64,000 bases of DNA from Candidatus Altimarinota bacterium (GTDB taxonomy: Bacteria > Patescibacteriota > Gracilibacteria > UBA1369), in the NCBI GenBank assembly GCA_963677745.1, contig OY782391.1, forward strand, positions 992,001 to 1,056,000, given 5' to 3'. Positions 51,153 through 59,610 of this stretch are shown piece after piece (positions within the stretch are counted from its first letter, which is position 1; each line of letters starts with the position of its first letter). The position numbers and the translations under genes are program-made. The notes below the pieces were generated by a model. The model saw only the letters and a list, made by a program, of their open reading frames with translations. It did no database searches and was not told the origin of the DNA.

Positions 51153-53042
51153 TTATTTTTTCTCCGGACGGGTGCACTCTTTCATCTCGGCACGGAGTCT
51201 TTCAAAAATCCGCAGCCGTTCAGATTTTCGTTTTACTTTTTCTACTGCTTCAAAACCGAAGTAGGCGGTCATAATTTTTTCCCACCGAAGATAATTCTCT
51301 GTGTCTAGAGACGGAAAGGAGGACCTCACTTTTTTCAGATCGGGAAAGATGTCCGAGGCCGCAACATTTTCACTGTCCAAAAGTTCCGGGTAAAGGGCGA
51401 GATACTTGAATTGCATAAAATAAATGGTGTCTTTATGGGCCAGCAGGGCATCCACCAGTTCTTCGGAAAGAGTTGCACCCAGAAAGCCCAATTGGACATA
51501 ACGTGTCTTGGCAGCAGCAATTTTGTCCAGATCGGCCGGTGTGACATCGTTAATTTCCAGAAAATGGATACCGCCTAAATTTTCCAGAAATAACTGTTTT
51601 TCCTCCTCCTTGATGGGATCCTCGGTTGGCAGTGAAAGAGCAAATGGATTCGACTTTCGATTTTTGTATGCCGAAAGAAAAGCTGGTGGAAAAGCGTCAC
51701 CAAAAGTCTCGATTCTGAATGTTTCCGGAGGATTGTTCCACATTTCTTTATAGGCATCGAACTGATAGTTCGTGGAATGGTCAAGTATATAAGATAAACA
51801 GCAATTAAAAGATCCTGTGCTTTTTAGATAATCTTTAATCTGTCTCAAGTCTTTTGCCGTCGGGGCGTCAATATTTAATTTTAATTGCAGCAGCAAAAAT
51901 TCAATCGAATAATATCTGCCCAGGTTAAACAATTCCAAAAGGTTTCTGGAGGGGTTCTGGGTGGGCAGGTCGTTCTCCACCAAAATAGTGACGCCTTTTC
52001 TTTTAGCCACCTCTTCGGCTTCCTGCGCCAGCTCTTGTTTGAGAGTGGCCTGTTCCTCTTTTGCCTTATCAACCAGGGCACTGACATCCGGATTATACAG
52101 GCGCAGAGGTCCTTTTACTGACGGTGAGGGAAAAGCGCTGTCGGTTTCTAAATGTGGAGGGGCCGGAGCATATAAAGGATTTCCGGTCTGCTGTTCCTGT
52201 TCGGCTTCTTCCTGACCCAGTACCGTTAGGACTGGTTTCATGTCCCTGCCAATAAACGAGGCAATATACTCACGGATTCCATAAACGATGGTGCCGCTGC
52301 TGTCCTCCTTGGTCACCAAAGGTATACCAGGTTCGATCGAAAGCATTTGTTCAGCTTCCCGGAGATAGAAAAGTGTCCGGCGATGCACACCGAATCCCTG
52401 AAAAAAGATATTATCCCGTTCTTCCGGATAAAGTCTTTCCAGCAGCATGGCTGTGTAGGCGGATTTGGCATCGCAAGTGCCACGATGGTCCTGCCCGCGG
52501 GACTTGCGGATGGCAAAACGGATTGCTGAAGAACGCAACGCCGAAAAGTTTTCTCCGCTGTTATCTGCCAGAGCGTCTAACTTGGCCAAAAATTCACGGG
52601 TGGGGTAGGCCGGTTTCAGGGGCAACAGGGAATTTACATCATTGTTCAATACCTCCCGCGCCTCCGCGGCTTCACTGGGAGTCATGCCCATGCCGGCTTG
52701 TTCACCGGAAAAACGAAAATCTTCGAAAGAGGGAATCACAAATGATTTCAGGTCCTCGCGGAGTTCTGTTTTTAATTCATCCAGCGCTTTTTGATCTGCT
52801 TTTCGGATTTGACGCAACTGATCCAGAGGGGTTTCGAACCAACTGTGAAAAGTTCCTGTGATTTTGCAGACACTTGTTCGTGTCTGCTGTCTTACAGCAG
52901 CGAGATCGGCCCCTTCGAAGGCCAGCCAATAGGAAAGCAAAGCCATCAGCAAAGTAACCGGCAAATTGGTCTGTTCCGGCAGGCGTTTTTCCAGCGGAGC
53001 ATATAAAGACTCTTCTTCCGGATTGGGTAAACTTTTTTCCAT
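51153..53042 (-). CDS. Hypothetical protein, possible transglutaminase-like (Cys-His) domain
   Basis: RGTCDAKS...FGVHRR...SIEPG spacing; likely start ATG 53042. Confidence 0.65.
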   Translation of the reverse strand: MEKSLPNPEEESLYAPLEKRLPEQTNLPVTLLMALLSYWLAFEGADLAAVRQQTRTSVCKITGTFHSWFETPLDQLRQIRKADQKALDELKTELREDLKSFVIPSFEDFRFSGEQAGMGMTPSEAAEAREVLNNDVNSLLPLKPAYPTREFLAKLDALADNSGENFSALRSSAIRFAIRKSRGQDHRGTCDAKSAYTAMLLERLYPEERDNIFFQGFGVHRRTLFYLREAEQMLSIEPGIPLVTKEDSSGTIVYGIREYIASFIGRDMKPVLTVLGQEEAEQEQQTGNPLYAPAPPHLETDSAFPSPSVKGPLRLYNPDVSALVDKAKEEQATLKQELAQEAEEVAKRKGVTILVENDLPTQNPSRNLLELFNLGRYYSIEFLLLQLKLNIDAPTAKDLRQIKDYLKSTGSFNCCLSYILDHSTNYQFDAYKEMWNNPPETFRIETFGDAFPPAFLSAYKNRKSNPFALSLPTEDPIKEEEKQLFLENLGGIHFLEINDVTPADLDKIAAAKTRYVQLGFLGATLSEELVDALLAHKDTIYFMQFKYLALYPELLDSENVAASDIFPDLKKVRSSFPSLDTENYLRWEKIMTAYFGFEAVEKVKRKSERLRIFERLRAEMKECTRPEKK

Positions 53043-53144
53043 TGGAGGAGAATTAAAACACGAAAAAGCGTGCAAGTCAAAAACGGTGCTAAGTTGCTTC
53101 ACTCCAAGCCAATTTCATGATACAATAATATGAAAATTTAATTA

Positions 53145-54560
53145 TTGACCATGAAAATCACTTTTTGGGGAGCAGCTCGCGAAGTTACCGGATCCAGACA
53201 TCTTCTGGAAATTAACGGCAAAAAGATTCTTCTGGACTGCGGAATGTTCCAGGGACGTCGCAAGGATACCGAAGATAAAAACAAGAACTTTGGTTTTGAT
53301 CCGAAAGAACTGGACGCAGTAATACTTTCCCATGCGCATATCGACCACTCCGGCTGTCTGCCTCTGCTGGTCAAACAGGGTTACAAAGGACCTATTTACA
53401 GCACTTTTGCCACCCGCGATCTGTGTAACTTTATGCTGATGGATTCCGCCTTCATCCAGGAAAAGGACGCGGAATATATGAATAAAAAGCGCAAAAAAGG
53501 TGACAAGAAGGGTCCGATGATTACCCCCCTTTATGACTCGGATGATGCCCAACAGGCGCTCTGCCAGTTTTACGGCATCGGTTATGAAACAGCCTTTGTG
53601 GTCACGGACGGGGTGATCTGTTCATTCTACAACGCCGGACATATTCTGGGTTCCTCCCTGATCCATCTGTTGATCAAGGACAAGAAAACCAAAAAGACCT
53701 TTCGTTTCGCGTTTACCGGAGATCTTGGCCGAAAAAACCTGCCTATTCTTCGTGATCCGACCCCCATGCCTCCCACCGAATATCTGGTGACAGAATCCAC
53801 CTACGGCAACAGATTTCACGAATCAATGACCGATGCCAGCGCCGAACTCAAGGATATCGTCAATCGCGTGGCCAAACGCGGCGGAAAAATTATCGTACCG
53901 GCCTTTTCCGTCGAACGCACCCAGGAAATGATTTACCATTTGAACGTACTCTGGCAGAAAAAACAAATCCCCGATATTCCGATCTTTGTGGATAGTCCGC
54001 TGTCCGTCAATATCAGCGAAGTTTTCATCAACCATCCGGAATGTTATGACAAGGAGATTTATGAGGAATTTATCAGTAACCGCAAGAATCCCTTCGGTTT
54101 CGGAAGACTCCAGTACACGCACAGTGTGGAGGAATCCAAAGCCCTCAATAGTATCAACGGCCCGGCCATTATCATTTCTTCCTCGGGCATGTGTGAAAAC
54201 GGCCGCATTCTGCATCATCTCAAAAACAATATCGAAGACAGCCGCAATCTGGTTTTGATTGTCGGATACATGGCCAAAGATACTTTGGGCCGCCGCATTT
54301 ACGACAAGCAGCCGGTAGTGAAGATTTTCGACGAGGAATATCATCTGCGGGCGGAGGTACAGGTCATGAACGCTTTTTCAGGTCATGCCGACCGTTCCGA
54401 TCTGTTGGAATATATCACCAAAATCAAAGACCTCAAGCAAGTCTATCTGGTCCATGGTGAAGAATCCCAGAGTCTCAGTCTGCGCGATTACCTCAAGGAG
54501 CTGAAGATCAAAGCGGTGGATGTTCCGGAAAGGGGACAAAGTTATACAATGGAGGAGTAA
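53145..54560 (+). CDS. MBL-fold beta-CASP ribonuclease
   Basis: LLDCG, SHAHIDHSG, AGHILGS, TGDLG, ESTYG, FSGHAD, LVHGE. Confidence 0.95.
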   Translation: MTMKITFWGAAREVTGSRHLLEINGKKILLDCGMFQGRRKDTEDKNKNFGFDPKELDAVILSHAHIDHSGCLPLLVKQGYKGPIYSTFATRDLCNFMLMDSAFIQEKDAEYMNKKRKKGDKKGPMITPLYDSDDAQQALCQFYGIGYETAFVVTDGVICSFYNAGHILGSSLIHLLIKDKKTKKTFRFAFTGDLGRKNLPILRDPTPMPPTEYLVTESTYGNRFHESMTDASAELKDIVNRVAKRGGKIIVPAFSVERTQEMIYHLNVLWQKKQIPDIPIFVDSPLSVNISEVFINHPECYDKEIYEEFISNRKNPFGFGRLQYTHSVEESKALNSINGPAIIISSSGMCENGRILHHLKNNIEDSRNLVLIVGYMAKDTLGRRIYDKQPVVKIFDEEYHLRAEVQVMNAFSGHADRSDLLEYITKIKDLKQVYLVHGEESQSLSLRDYLKELKIKAVDVPERGQSYTMEE

Positions 54561-54664
54561 AGAGTTCCGAAACTATTTATAAAAATTTCCATTCGAATCC
54601 GAAGAAATTCTTGGAAATAGTTTTTTGAAGGTGGCAATATGGTGGGGATTTTAACCACCGTTCC

Positions 54665-56101
54665 ATGAGTGAAATATATGTCATCGACGATCTGCATCCG
54701 GAGGATAATGCCATGCTGCAGGCTCTTTACAGCCGTTCCCCCAAGGGAGTGATGGAACATGTGGAAAAAGTGCGCAAAGCTGATTCCGGCAATTTCATGG
54801 AAAGGTTTTATGTCGGTTACGGACATCTTTCGATTGCCGACTGTGGTTCCACCACCATTTTTCTGGAACACGTCAGTATGTTTGTGGCCAAAGCTGTCCA
54901 GGACTGGGCGCTCTACAGCGGACAGGAAGCCAGCACCCGCTACATCGATTATTCCAGGCAGCTGATTTTGAATCCGGCCGGTACGGCCGAAGGCCAGCAG
55001 ATCCAGGACAACTGGATGAAGTTTTACAACGAGGCCAAAGAACCGTTGCAGGCTTATTTGAAACTGAAATATCCCCGCAAAGAGGAGGAAATCGAAGCGG
55101 TCTATGACAAAGCCATCGCCGCCCGCAGTTTTGACATCCTCCGCGGATTTCTGCCGGCGGGAGCCACCACCTATCTCTCCTGGCATACCAACCTTCGCCA
55201 GGCCCACGAGCATATCGCCCTGCTGGAACACCACCCGCTGGCGGAAATCCGCGAGCTGGCGGTGCGGCTGCGGGCGGCCCTCTCGGAAAAATACAAACAT
55301 TCTTTTTCCCACCCCAAATTCCCCGAGCAGGAGGATTACCGGGCCAAAACGGTCGGGCAATATTCCTATTTTTCACCTGAAAATCATCCGGATTTTGAGT
55401 TCAGCCATAATCTGCAGTACGAACAGTTGGAAGAATTTTCCGACCTGCTGAAAACCCGTCCCTTCAAGACCAACCTGCCTTCTTTTCTGAATATGTTCGG
55501 ACAATGCACTTTCAAATTCAAACTGGATTTCGGTTCCTTCCGCGACTTGCAGAGACACCGAAACGGAGTTTGTCTGATGCCCCTTTTGAGCGCCAAATTC
55601 GGATTTTATCCCTGGTATCTGGAGCAGTTGCCGGAGCAGTTGCGCGCGGCGGCCGCGACATTGCTGGCTGAACAGGAAAAGGCCATCCTCGCCCTGCCGG
55701 TGGATGAACTGACCCGCCAGTATTATTTCCCCATGGGCTATACCATTCCCGTCACCGTTAATTACCGTCTGCCGGCTTCGGTCTATGTGGCCGAGCTGCG
55801 CAGCAATAAAACCGTCCACCCGACGCTGCGCCGCCGCGCCCATCAGATGGGTCTGGCCCTGCAGGAAAAAGTGCCTAACCTCAAAATGTATCTGGACCTG
55901 GATCCCGACGATTGGGATGTCAGGCGCGGCACCCAGGACATCGTCCGCAAAGATGATGCTGTTACTCAGGACATAACTATTAATAACAATGAAAGAATTT
56001 TCGATAATAGTGGGATTGGATCAAAACATGGGGATCAGCAAGGACGGACGGATTCCCTGGTTCCTGCCGGAACATCTGAAAAACTTCAGCAGGGTAACTA
56101 A
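54665..56101 (+). CDS. thyX: FAD-dependent thymidylate synthase, tandem-domain type
   Basis: YVGYGH.SI, QEASTRYIDY, FDILRGFLPAG in the N-half; FRDLQRHR and YVAELR in the C-half. Confidence 0.88.
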   Translation: MSEIYVIDDLHPEDNAMLQALYSRSPKGVMEHVEKVRKADSGNFMERFYVGYGHLSIADCGSTTIFLEHVSMFVAKAVQDWALYSGQEASTRYIDYSRQLILNPAGTAEGQQIQDNWMKFYNEAKEPLQAYLKLKYPRKEEEIEAVYDKAIAARSFDILRGFLPAGATTYLSWHTNLRQAHEHIALLEHHPLAEIRELAVRLRAALSEKYKHSFSHPKFPEQEDYRAKTVGQYSYFSPENHPDFEFSHNLQYEQLEEFSDLLKTRPFKTNLPSFLNMFGQCTFKFKLDFGSFRDLQRHRNGVCLMPLLSAKFGFYPWYLEQLPEQLRAAAATLLAEQEKAILALPVDELTRQYYFPMGYTIPVTVNYRLPASVYVAELRSNKTVHPTLRRRAHQMGLALQEKVPNLKMYLDLDPDDWDVRRGTQDIVRKDDAVTQDITINNNERIFDNSGIGSKHGDQQGRTDSLVPAGTSEKLQQGN

Positions 56102-56603
56102 GGCCACCGAACAGTCCGGCCGGACCAACGCGGTCATCATGGGACGCCACACCTGGGAGAACCTGGCCAAAGGCCGGCCTTTTCCCGATTTGATCAACGT
56201 CGTAATCAGTTCCAATGAGGATTTGGATCTGCCCGATGGCGTTTTACAGTTTTTGTCTCTGGACGAGGCGCTGCTGGCCATTTCCACCAGCAAAAAAATC
56301 GACCAGTTGTTTGTGATCGGCGGAGCGCAATTATTTGCGGAAGCGGTTTTACATCCACAGCTGCAAAAAATTTACCTCACCAAAATCGAGGAGGATTATG
56401 ATTGTGATCTGTTTTTTCCGGAGAGGATTCCCGAAGAGTTCGAAATAATTTCCGCCACCGACACGCTGGAAAGCGACGGACTGGAATACGCCCATCTGGT
56501 ATTGGGCAAGGAAGCCGATTTGGGCAACCAGTACTTTCTCCCCGACCGGCTGGCGGATGATGCAACGGACACGGAAGCGGAGGAAGAGGTAAATCGGGAT
56601 TGA
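55989..56603 (+). CDS. Dihydrofolate reductase-like protein with atypical active site
   Basis: IPW.LP, NAVIMGRHTWE, NVVIS, FVIGGAQLF, YLTKI...CD.FFP; acidic tail. Confidence 0.85.
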   Translation: MKEFSIIVGLDQNMGISKDGRIPWFLPEHLKNFSRVTKATEQSGRTNAVIMGRHTWENLAKGRPFPDLINVVISSNEDLDLPDGVLQFLSLDEALLAISTSKKIDQLFVIGGAQLFAEAVLHPQLQKIYLTKIEEDYDCDLFFPERIPEEFEIISATDTLESDGLEYAHLVLGKEADLGNQYFLPDRLADDATDTEAEEEVNRD

Positions 56604-56640
56604 TAACCTGTCACGATTTCAGCTTTCCACGTTCTCAGCT

Positions 56641-57918
56641 TCAAATCTGGCTCAAAAATTTTCTCAGACTTTCCACCAGCTGGTAATCTTCCATTTTGTT
56701 GGCCAGTTCGATCATTTTCTGATAGTCCGAGCGGTGGGACTTCATTTCGGACAAAAGCTTCAGGCCGGCTACGCGCGCCTGGACTTTATTGTATTCCTTG
56801 GCATAGCAGGCTTTGACCATCTGACGGTTTCCCGCCCGGCTGAACAGCTCTCTGGCTCTGTCCAGCGAGCCGCTATTATATAGGGACAAAGCTTCCTGTT
56901 CATCGATATATTTTTTCAATTCATTATCACCTTTTTTGTCGGCGTAATAACGGGCGCTTTTAAACTGGTGATTGCTGACATTGTAAATAACGGCGTTATG
57001 AAAAATATCGGACAAAAATTTGGCATCAGCCTCCGTGTCCAGCCCGGATTTTTCCAGAAAAAAAGCGGCGTTTTCGAAATTATTGGTTTTTACGGCTTCC
57101 ACGGCCATATTGTGGTAAGCCGCTTTAAGATTCTTTTTTACCAGTTCGGTTTCGGAAGAAAGTGAGTTGGCCAAATGTGCCGCTTTGAGGAAGTCCCGCG
57201 CATCGATGTGGATTTGCTTGTCGCGGAAATCCGAAACATCCAGCAGATTGGTGGAAATCAGTTCCACTATCGGCAGGATTTTCAAATACTGGTCATATTT
57301 GGCGAATGAACCGCTGGTGGCTTCAATGTCGACGCCTTTAAAATGCAGGCAGACATGCTCCTTCATGATCTTGATCTGCAGATCTTCCAGTTTGAATTTC
57401 CGGGAATACAGAAAAGTATAAAAAGTCACAATCTGATTGCAGTCCCCGATCATCTTTTTCCCACCGTCCGGGTCGGCCAGCAGTTTACCGAAAGAGGCGC
57501 CCTCCAGATATTCAAATCTACCGGCACCGGGCCGCAAAAAAAGCATCATGGCCGTTATCAGCCGCAATTTCTCGTCATCGCCGGGCGCCCCCGGCACTTT
57601 CAGCCCCAAATTTCTCAGATTGTTGGCCACTGCTTTCAGATCAATCGGTGTTTTTTTCGAAAATTCCAGAAAAGTTTCCACTATTCTCTCGCTGTTTTTA
57701 TATAAACGTTTGCGGGTGGATTTGTTCAGATATTTATAGCCCTTGAACCTGGCCTCCAGCCACAGGTCCAGGATTACCAGATTGGACTGCATCAGCTCAA
57801 GAATCTTTCTCTGCGCCTCAAACACCCCCAGAAAAGCAATGTTCCTCAGGATCCGGTCAACGATCTTTTCCTGTTTGTCGGCATAGCGTGAAAAGGGATT
57901 CCAGACGGGTCTCAGCAT
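56641..57918 (-). CDS. Hypothetical protein with transglutaminase-like motif and helical-repeat C-terminus
   Basis: IGDCNQ...EHVCL...DIEAT; ATG 57918 overlaps the upstream stop (TAATG). Confidence 0.7.
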   Translation of the reverse strand: MLRPVWNPFSRYADKQEKIVDRILRNIAFLGVFEAQRKILELMQSNLVILDLWLEARFKGYKYLNKSTRKRLYKNSERIVETFLEFSKKTPIDLKAVANNLRNLGLKVPGAPGDDEKLRLITAMMLFLRPGAGRFEYLEGASFGKLLADPDGGKKMIGDCNQIVTFYTFLYSRKFKLEDLQIKIMKEHVCLHFKGVDIEATSGSFAKYDQYLKILPIVELISTNLLDVSDFRDKQIHIDARDFLKAAHLANSLSSETELVKKNLKAAYHNMAVEAVKTNNFENAAFFLEKSGLDTEADAKFLSDIFHNAVIYNVSNHQFKSARYYADKKGDNELKKYIDEQEALSLYNSGSLDRARELFSRAGNRQMVKACYAKEYNKVQARVAGLKLLSEMKSHRSDYQKMIELANKMEDYQLVESLRKFLSQI

Positions 57919-58259
57919 TATTTCTTGGGGATGAAGGCTTGGAGTATGCCGTTGATGACAGATACGGCCAAACTGAACATCAAAGCCCACCAGAAATTAT
58001 CCACGGTGAAACCCGGAACAAACTGGGTGGCCAGCATCACCATCAGGGCATTGATTACAAAAGTCAGCAGTCCCAGGGTCAGGATATTGATGGGCAAAGT
58101 CAGAATCATCAAAACCGGTTTGATAATTGCATTGATTAGTCCCAAAACGATGGCAGCGACTAGAGCTGTGGTAAAATCCGGTACATGAATGCCGGGAAGC
58201 AGATAGGCCGTGAAATATATGGAAAGAGAAAACAGAATCCAGCCGGCAATAATCCTCAT
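57918..58259 (-). CDS. 4-TM phage-holin-family (YvlD-like) membrane protein
   Basis: LGLINAIIKPVL.ILTLPINILTLGL.TFVINA...PGF.V..FWWA. Confidence 0.9.
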   Translation of the reverse strand: MRIIAGWILFSLSIYFTAYLLPGIHVPDFTTALVAAIVLGLINAIIKPVLMILTLPINILTLGLLTFVINALMVMLATQFVPGFTVDNFWWALMFSLAVSVINGILQAFIPKK

Positions 58260-58313
58260 TGTTTTTTATTTAATGACAGCTTCACCATACTTAAAAACCG
58301 GCTTTTTTTCAAT

Positions 58314-59006
58314 TCAGATATTTCCGTCAATCCAAAATTCCATTTTCAGATAGGGACCGCTGGGTGTCAGACAGAGGCAGAATATTCCGGCCTGCCCGAG
58401 CAGGTTTTGCAAACAAGCCATCATTGACGGGAGATTTCTGACATAGCCGGTGGTTTTGATTTTATCGGCAGTGCGTTGCTTGAGTCTCAGTCGGGTCCGT
58501 TTAGTCATTATACTGCGGGTGATGGCCAGAAAATAGGTTTGGGCCAAATTTTCGTCATCTATATCGGGAGGCACATTCACCTTGAATTCTGTGGTCGCAA
58601 CCGATTCAATCCTTTTTTCCGAATTGGAGTCGTATTCATACCAGGGTTTTCCGATGTTGGCATTTTCTTCGATCAGATTGTTAATGCCCAGTACCAGCGT
58701 ACGGTAATCCAGTCTGGCCGTGGACAGATCTGTCGGCTGCCCGGCCTCTTCTGCAGTCCTTGATGATTCTTTCTCCGCTCCGTCGAGCAGTTCAAAAAAA
58801 ACTTCCTCGTTTTTCGTAATCAGTTTTAAAGAGATACCGTCCAGGTAACATAGCTCTTCCCGAAAATTCAACTTCAACCGGTATTTTTGGCCGTTTTTGC
58901 TGTTTAAGACCCACAATTCTTTGGAAGGATCATTCTTCAACAGGGGGGTCAGAGTCAAGCCGTTGATTCCTTTGGAGGCGCTCCCTCCCATCCGATCCAG
59001 GCTCAT
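58314..59006 (-). CDS. Hypothetical protein
   Basis: ORF of about 230 aa; likely start ATG 59006 or 58991. Confidence 0.65.
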   Translation of the reverse strand: MSLDRMGGSASKGINGLTLTPLLKNDPSKELWVLNSKNGQKYRLKLNFREELCYLDGISLKLITKNEEVFFELLDGAEKESSRTAEEAGQPTDLSTARLDYRTLVLGINNLIEENANIGKPWYEYDSNSEKRIESVATTEFKVNVPPDIDDENLAQTYFLAITRSIMTKRTRLRLKQRTADKIKTTGYVRNLPSMMACLQNLLGQAGIFCLCLTPSGPYLKMEFWIDGNI

Positions 59007-59119
59007 GATGAACGTTAAAAATATTACTGAAAATACTATAACCCGAAAGTACAAAACAATTCAAGAAGGTGTACACAGCAGTAATTTGCCTAAAAGAAAA
59101 TATTTGATAAGATACTTTG

Positions 59120-59506
59120 AAGCTTGGATTTAGGAAAAACAAAAACAAAACATACCTCCTACCAATTTGCTTCACCCGCCCCGCATTATGCCGGGCAACC
59201 CGACGGAGCTAGAAACCGTCGCGACAGAGGGAAGCCTCCAAAACAAAAATGCTCCTTAAAAAATAATTTACCCGAGTCAGAAGAAGTCATAAAAACTTCT
59301 GCCAACATCTCTTCCGACGCCAAACTTAAAAGATTGTATCTTTGCAGGGTTCCATGGAACACTCTCGGACAATCATCAATAGTTCACAGGGAAGAAAGTT
59401 TACGGCAACAAGTTAAAGAAAGCTTCCAACACTCATCCCGGTAAATTATTCCAGGGCAAACAGACACCTCATGGAACCCGACATCTAAAGTCGGGGTATT
59501 TCCATG
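59120..59506 (+). ncRNA. Candidate structured ncRNA 1 (unassigned family; strand uncertain)
   Basis: Promoter-like TTGCCT-16-TAAGAT at 59086-59113. Nested stems: TTGGA/TCCAA, TAGGA/TCCTA around an A-rich loop, GCTTC/GAAGC, GACGG/CCGTC, AATAATTTACC/GGTAAATTATT, CATGGAA-CCCGAC/GTCGGG-TTCCATG. Confidence 0.45.
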
Positions 59507-59578
59507 TTTTGACAAGAAGTCAAAAATCTTACAAAGTATATTTCACAACCATGACAGAGGGCTGTCCAGACTCGTTTC

Positions 59579-59606
59579 TTGATTAATAAATTCTATCAGT
59601 TATAAT
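59579..59606 (+). promoter_or_regulatory. sigma70-type promoter with no downstream ORF
   Basis: TTGATT-16 nt-TATAAT. Confidence 0.65.
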
Positions 59607-59610
59607 GTTA

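Noticed and set aside
57918-58259. Prophage suggested by the holin-family gene and tail-fibre-like motifs
   Set aside because: No integrase, terminase, capsid or lysin genes. This 4-TM family is common in chromosomes, and the fibre-like proteins have signal peptides.
59124-59444. 106-aa + strand ORF
   Set aside because: TTG start, no protein-like motif, and the sequence is better explained by RNA helices; not fully excluded.
59451-59506. c-di-GMP-I riboswitch (AGGGCAAAC)
   Set aside because: Lacks the GNRA loop and the downstream GACGCAAAGC-type consensus.
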